From: an uncultured Acidobacteriota bacterium
Lineage (GTDB): Bacteria; Acidobacteriota; UBA6911
NCBI GenBank assembly: GCA_963843575.1
Contig: CAWJKZ010000012.1
Coordinates: 192,001 to 256,000, forward strand
Direction of reading: 5' to 3'
Length of the DNA: 64,000 nt
Shown here: one piece after another, positions 62,599-64,000 of the stretch
How the letters are laid out: each line of letters starts with the position of its first letter
Position numbering within the stretch: position 1 is the first letter of the stretch
Translations under genes and position numbers: made by a program
Notes under the pieces: generated by a model
Database searches by the model: none
Told to the model about the DNA's origin: nothing
What the model saw: only the letters and a program-made list of their open reading frames with translations

Positions 62599-63361
62599 TC
62601 ACTTCGAACCCGCCCGCAGCACCATTCGTTCGCCGTCGCAGCTCAGAACCGCGCCATCGGGGCGGATGGCTTCGAGGAGGTAACGGTCGCCGACATAATC
62701 CCCCTCGACATATCTCCTGCCGTTGATGAACACCAGGCGGTCCGCCCGTTCTTCGGCGTAGACCAGGACGGTCATGGTCATCGCCGCGATCGCTTCACGC
62801 AGCGGCACCGAGGCCCCGGCGGGCGCGGCGGACCCCGGCTCGGCCGTGCCGGCCACGCCCGATGGAGGCGGCGCCGGCCGGGACGCCGTGTCGTGGACAC
62901 CTTCCATCTCCCTCCCGGGCCGGGGCGGGATTTCGGGCGGCGGCGGGCTCGCCGGACGGACGGCGGTCCCCTCGGGGCGGGGCGCAGGGGCCGCGATCGA
63001 ACCCGGGCCGGGCTTTGCCTGGGCGGGTTCGCGCGCAGCCGCCGGTTCGGGGGGGCCGGGGGCGGCGGGCACGACCTCCTCCGGCGGCGTCGAGACGGCC
63101 GGGGCGGCGTTCGCCGGGGTCGATGCCGCCGGCGGCTTCCCTTCCGACGCGAGCGTCGGGGCGCTCTCGCGTCCCAAGCGTACCGAGGGAGTGCACGACC
63201 AGCCAGAAGACCCCCGCGGCGCACAACAAGATCGCTCCGGCGACCGCCCAGCTCCGGTTCCGCCCCGACGGGCGAAGCTCGTGAACCGCCATGAGGGCGG
63301 GGACGTTCTTGATGCCGCGATCCCGTTCGGCTTTTTTCAGCGCATCCAGGATGTATGACAT
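62599..63361 (-). CDS. gspB: Type II secretion accessory protein GspB/ExeB; frameshift near 63180
   Basis: MSYILDALKKAERDR, TM, Pro/Ala linker, VLVYAEERADRLVFINGRRYVEGD..LEAIRPDGAVL. Confidence 0.85.
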
Positions 63362-63375
63362 GCGGTTGTCGTCCT

Positions 63376-64000
63376 CTAGCGAGCCTGGTGTGAGATCGAG
63401 GGCACGTCCGGCCCTTCCAGCGCGAGCGCGAGACGCATCAGCGTTTCGTTGCCGACGGCCCCGTCCGGGATCAGCGCCTGGTCCCGTTGAAAGGCCAGGA
63501 CACGCGCGCGCAGGGCTTCGTCAAAACGATCGGATGGGGCGGCGCTCGGCTCCTTTTTCTCCAGCTTGTCGAGCGTCCGCCGGACCCAGATCACGTCTTC
63601 GCCCCGGGCCCCGACCGAGAGCAGTCGCGGGGCGATCGGCGGCTTCCAGACCAGGATGAACGAGCCGTCCCACATCCCGTCGATTTCCGACAGCGGGAAC
63701 TTGGTGCTCTGCGGCGCCAATGGCCAGGGTCGCGGTGTCCCCGGTGAGCCCGACGAGGGCCGCCCGGCGCCGCTCCCCGCCGGGAAGGACGATCTCCAGG
63801 ATGGCCGGGAGGTCGAAACGGCGCAGCTTGCGCCAGTTGCCCGCGAGGTAGAGGCACTCGAACCCGTGCGCGCGCCCGACCTGGCACCCGAGATCCGACC
63901 GGCGCACCGGGGCGTCGACCCCCCAACGGGCAAACAGGTTGGTGAAGCTGGAGGCGGTGTCGCGGTCGAGGGAGGAATCGGCGAGCACCTCCGCGAGCCG
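63376..64000 (-). CDS. gspA: GspA/ExeA C-terminal part with peptidoglycan-binding domain (5' part outside the window)
   Basis: LFARWG, C....G.W..LRRFDLPAILE, WDG.F.L.W.PP, G.RGEDV.W, V.AFQ...L.PDG.VG.ET; directly upstream of gspB. Confidence 0.85.
   Translation of the reverse strand, partial: GSRRCSPIPPSTATPPPASPTCLPVGGSTPRCAGRISGARSGARTGSSASTSRATGASCAVSTSRPSWRSSFPAGSGAGRPSSGSPGTPRPWPLAPQSTKFPLSEIDGMWDGSFILVWKPPIAPRLLSVGARGEDVIWVRRTLDKLEKKEPSAAPSDRFDEALRARVLAFQRDQALIPDGAVGNETLMRLALALEGPDVPSISHQAR

Overview
High-GC, gene-dense bacterial DNA, most likely Acidobacteriota (inferred from the ADOP-type duplicated permease and typical acidobacterial secreted proteins). It carries many single-base indels that look like uncorrected long-read errors, so many gene calls span frameshifts. 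Content in order: an XRE regulator; sugar-acid, sulfatase and URO-D genes; a probable AhpD-like CxxU selenoprotein hidden by an in-frame TGA with a SECIS-like hairpin; a paaK-ACT-aminotransferase-porin operon; a SnoaL/O-methyltransferase fusion; and a Ser/Thr kinase. At 26.4-46.3 kb is a divergent sugar locus. One arm is an oxidative D-apiose pathway (apnL-apsD-apnO-ABC-oiaC). The other is an ABC/SgcQ/M29/FGGY/GH95 operon of unknown substrate. At 49.8-59.9 kb is a sigma54-controlled envelope redox module (CxxCH Reeler-like protein, Tat Rieske protein, DUF2231-like membrane protein, Reeler-beta-barrel fusion) facing its NtrC-like activator, a cupredoxin-like protein, a histidine kinase, a receiver and a porin. 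The window ends in gspB/gspA. At least four families of non-autonomous intergenic repeats (REPIN/MITE-like) are present. I saw no transposase, CRISPR array, rRNA or tRNA. Family assignments come from motif recognition by eye, not database searches.
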